Assembly: GCA_021796115.1 (NCBI GenBank)
Contig: JAJYOP010000007.1
Location: 6,867-70,866 of the forward strand
Direction of reading: 5' to 3'
From: a bacterium
GTDB lineage: Bacteria > Omnitrophota > Gorgyraeia > Duberdicusellales > 4484-171
DNA length: 64,000 nt
Shown here: positions 62,195 to 64,000 of the stretch, piece after piece
Layout of the letters: every line of letters starts with the position of its first letter
Numbering within the stretch: the first letter of the stretch is position 1
Notes under the pieces: model-generated
What the model was told of the DNA's origin: nothing
The model's input: the letters and a program-made list of their open reading frames with translations, nothing else
The model's database searches: none
Program-made: the position numbers and the translations under genes

Positions 62195-63298
62195 ATGAGA
62201 AAATTTATTTTTATTCTACTGGCTTTTATTTTATTTTTCATTTCTCCCACGACTCTTCTACCTTCAGCGGAAAAAAGTAATCCATCTTTGCATGTCGCAA
62301 GTTTCTGGAACAAAGTTAATAATACAATCGTGCAATGCGGATTATGCCCCCGCAGATGTGTTCTTGCTAATGGCCAGAGAGGATTTTGCACCGCGCGTAT
62401 AAATAAAGGCGGCACACTTTATACCCTGGCGTATAACAATCCGGTAACTCTACAGGTTGACCCTATCGAAAAAAAACCATTTTTCCATGTAATGCCCGGC
62501 GAAAGCGCTTTTTCGCTTGCTGTTGCCGGATGCAACATGCGCTGTCTCTTTTGCCAGAACTGGCAGATATCCCAATCCCTGCCGGATGAAACAAGCAATT
62601 ATAATTTAACCCCCAAAGAAGTGGTAAATCTTGCCATAAAAAGTAAATCCAAATTCATCGCCTATACCTATACCGAACCGACAATCTTTTATGAGTATAT
62701 GTTGGACATAGCAAAAATAGCCAGGCAAAAAGGTTTGCGTAACGTTATGCATACCTGCGGCTATATCAATCGCGAGCCGCTGGTTAAGCTCCTTAAATAT
62801 ATGGATGCGGTGAATGTAGATTTGAAAAGTTTTGACAGTGCTTTTTATCATAAAATGGGCACGATGGCAGAATTGCAGCCGGTGCTTGATACTTTAAAAA
62901 CTATAAAAGCCGAAGGCGTATGGCTTGAAGTAACTAATTTGCTTATCCCCGGAGAAAATGATAGCCCTGAACAGATTCGTAAAATGTGCGCCTGGATAAA
63001 AGAAAATCTTGGCGACGAGGTGCCGTTACATTTCAGTCGTTTTAGGCCGGCTTTCAGGCTTGCCAATCTTCCGCCGACACCGGTTGAGAAAATGGAAGAA
63101 GCATATAAAATTGCAAAAGAGGCAGGATTGAAATATGTTTACCTAGGGAACCTTCCCGGCGCTGCAGAGGAAAGTACTTACTGCCCCAAATGCAACAAAT
63201 TGTTAATTTCGCGTTCAGGATATATTATAAATGAAATCAATATCAAGGACGGCCGCTGCAAATTCTGCGGTTACAAGATAGCCGGTATTTGGAAATGA
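62195..63298 (+). CDS. AmmeMemoRadiSam-system type radical SAM enzyme
   Basis: CNMRCLFCQNW (CxxxCxxC), N-terminal CGLCPRRC, C-terminal CPKC..CKFCG; N-terminal hydrophobic segment. Confidence 0.8.
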   Translation: MRKFIFILLAFILFFISPTTLLPSAEKSNPSLHVASFWNKVNNTIVQCGLCPRRCVLANGQRGFCTARINKGGTLYTLAYNNPVTLQVDPIEKKPFFHVMPGESAFSLAVAGCNMRCLFCQNWQISQSLPDETSNYNLTPKEVVNLAIKSKSKFIAYTYTEPTIFYEYMLDIAKIARQKGLRNVMHTCGYINREPLVKLLKYMDAVNVDLKSFDSAFYHKMGTMAELQPVLDTLKTIKAEGVWLEVTNLLIPGENDSPEQIRKMCAWIKENLGDEVPLHFSRFRPAFRLANLPPTPVEKMEEAYKIAKEAGLKYVYLGNLPGAAEESTYCPKCNKLLISRSGYIINEINIKDGRCKFCGYKIAGIWK

Positions 63299-63325
63299 TT
63301 GCGCTAATGCGGTATTTAATCTTAG

Positions 63326-63430
63326 GTTACGGAAGTTACGAAAGTTATATAGGCTACGAAGGTTGCACTAAATCGCAAAGTTTTAAATGTAACTTTCGTA
63401 GTTTGCCGTAACCTGGGTAACCTTTGTAAC
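63326..63430. repeat. GTTAC-type words x5 then GTAAC-type words x5 at ~9-bp phasing
   Basis: GTTAC/GTTAT/GCTAC/GTTGC at 63326, 63335, 63344, 63353, 63362; GTAAC/CGTAG at 63389, 63397, 63408, 63417, 63426; next ATG 63444. Confidence 0.6.
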
Positions 63431-63443
63431 CTCATAATAAATT

Positions 63444-64000
63444 ATGCTTATCGCGCTGCTACAGGTTTTTGCCATTGGATTCAGTCTCGGGTTTACCGGC
63501 CCGTGCCTTTTTTACTGCCTTCCCGTTATTCTTGCTTTTACTCAAGGGGCCGGCAAAGGTTTTAAAAAATCCTTAACCGATATCCTGATATTTTTCTGCG
63601 GCAGGCTGTTTGCCTATGTAGTGCTTGGCATCCTTGCCGGAATTTCCGGCATATTGCTTCGCAAATTTATTGATTCAAGCTTCAAATTATATCTTAATCC
63701 TTTAGCCGGATTAATCAGTATAGCTCTTGGTATTTTTATTTTGTTGAACAAGGAAGCCGGCCAGGAAAAATGCGAGAGAAAATTGAGTCAAGCCAGCACT
63801 TTTGGGAGCTTGTTCCTGTTTGGTTTTATAATTGGCATAAGCCCTTGTGCGCCGCTACTGGCCTTGCTTTTTGAAATCGCGCTTATTTCGAAGAGCGCAT
63901 TTGGCGGGGCGCTTTATGGCCTGGCTTTTGGTTTAGGCACATTTGTTTCCGGTGTCATTATCGCCGGCGGCTTTATAAAAATATTCAGCCGCCTTCCGGA
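63444..64000 (+). CDS. polytopic membrane protein, DsbD_2/CcdA-like (3' end outside window)
   Basis: Open from ATG 63444 to the window end; TM helices with paired Cys motifs GPCLFYCLP and SPCAPLL; not in ORF track because there is no stop. Confidence 0.5.
   Translation, partial: MLIALLQVFAIGFSLGFTGPCLFYCLPVILAFTQGAGKGFKKSLTDILIFFCGRLFAYVVLGILAGISGILLRKFIDSSFKLYLNPLAGLISIALGIFILLNKEAGQEKCERKLSQASTFGSLFLFGFIIGISPCAPLLALLFEIALISKSAFGGALYGLAFGLGTFVSGVIIAGGFIKIFSRLP

Noticed and set aside
62195-63298. AmmeMemoRadiSam system as a novel cluster
   Set aside because: Only the radical SAM component is present. The AMMECR1 and Memo-like partners are not adjacent, and the family is already described.

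Overview
AT-rich 64-kb bacterial chromosomal window, standard genetic code. Every credible gene (about 68) is on the + strand. All minus-strand ORFs in the track look like shadows of + strand genes. All calls come from reading motifs by eye, with no database search. The lineage cannot be fixed; an uncultured candidate-phylum (Omnitrophota/PVC-like) organism is only a guess.

Gene order:
- lepB'-pgsA-plsY
- recA-htrA-recX-alaS
- hisD-(membrane ORF)-hisB-hisH-hisA, cut short 18 bp after hisA by an ISNCY-type IS
- csp translationally coupled to plsC
- an envelope-stress operon behind a sigmaE-type promoter (secreted proteins, PEGA lipoprotein, two Spy/CpxP-like proteins, ECF sigma, anti-sigma)
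- a lipoprotein/CPCC toxin-immunity-like pair
- a trehalose island (sensor-HAMP-OtsA fusion, OtsB, conserved hypothetical, TreT-like) plus a ClC channel
- NTase-like/TPM/LemA/double zinc-ribbon
- a ~20-kb efflux/detox block: MarR-OMF-MFP-MFS, flavoprotein, MBL, ABC-2, SPFH, then MarR-OMF-RND and ArsR-OMF-RND-DUF2892-ferredoxin, both lacking a periplasmic adaptor
- two modules each headed by the same 208-bp non-coding cassette and each containing a TMTC-like GT-C/TPR glycosyltransferase
- DUF488, NDH-2, M50 protease, radical SAM, CcdA-like'

The most unusual content is non-coding:
1. A 208-bp cassette duplicated with 3 mismatches.
2. Intergenic 'word arrays' in which a 5-7 nt word is repeated at about 9-10 bp phasing and then switches to its reverse complement, often around a TATAAT.
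3. A dispersed, roughly 70-75 % similar hairpin repeat family sitting after operon ends. One copy is bounded by a consensus promoter and a strong terminator, making it a candidate sRNA.
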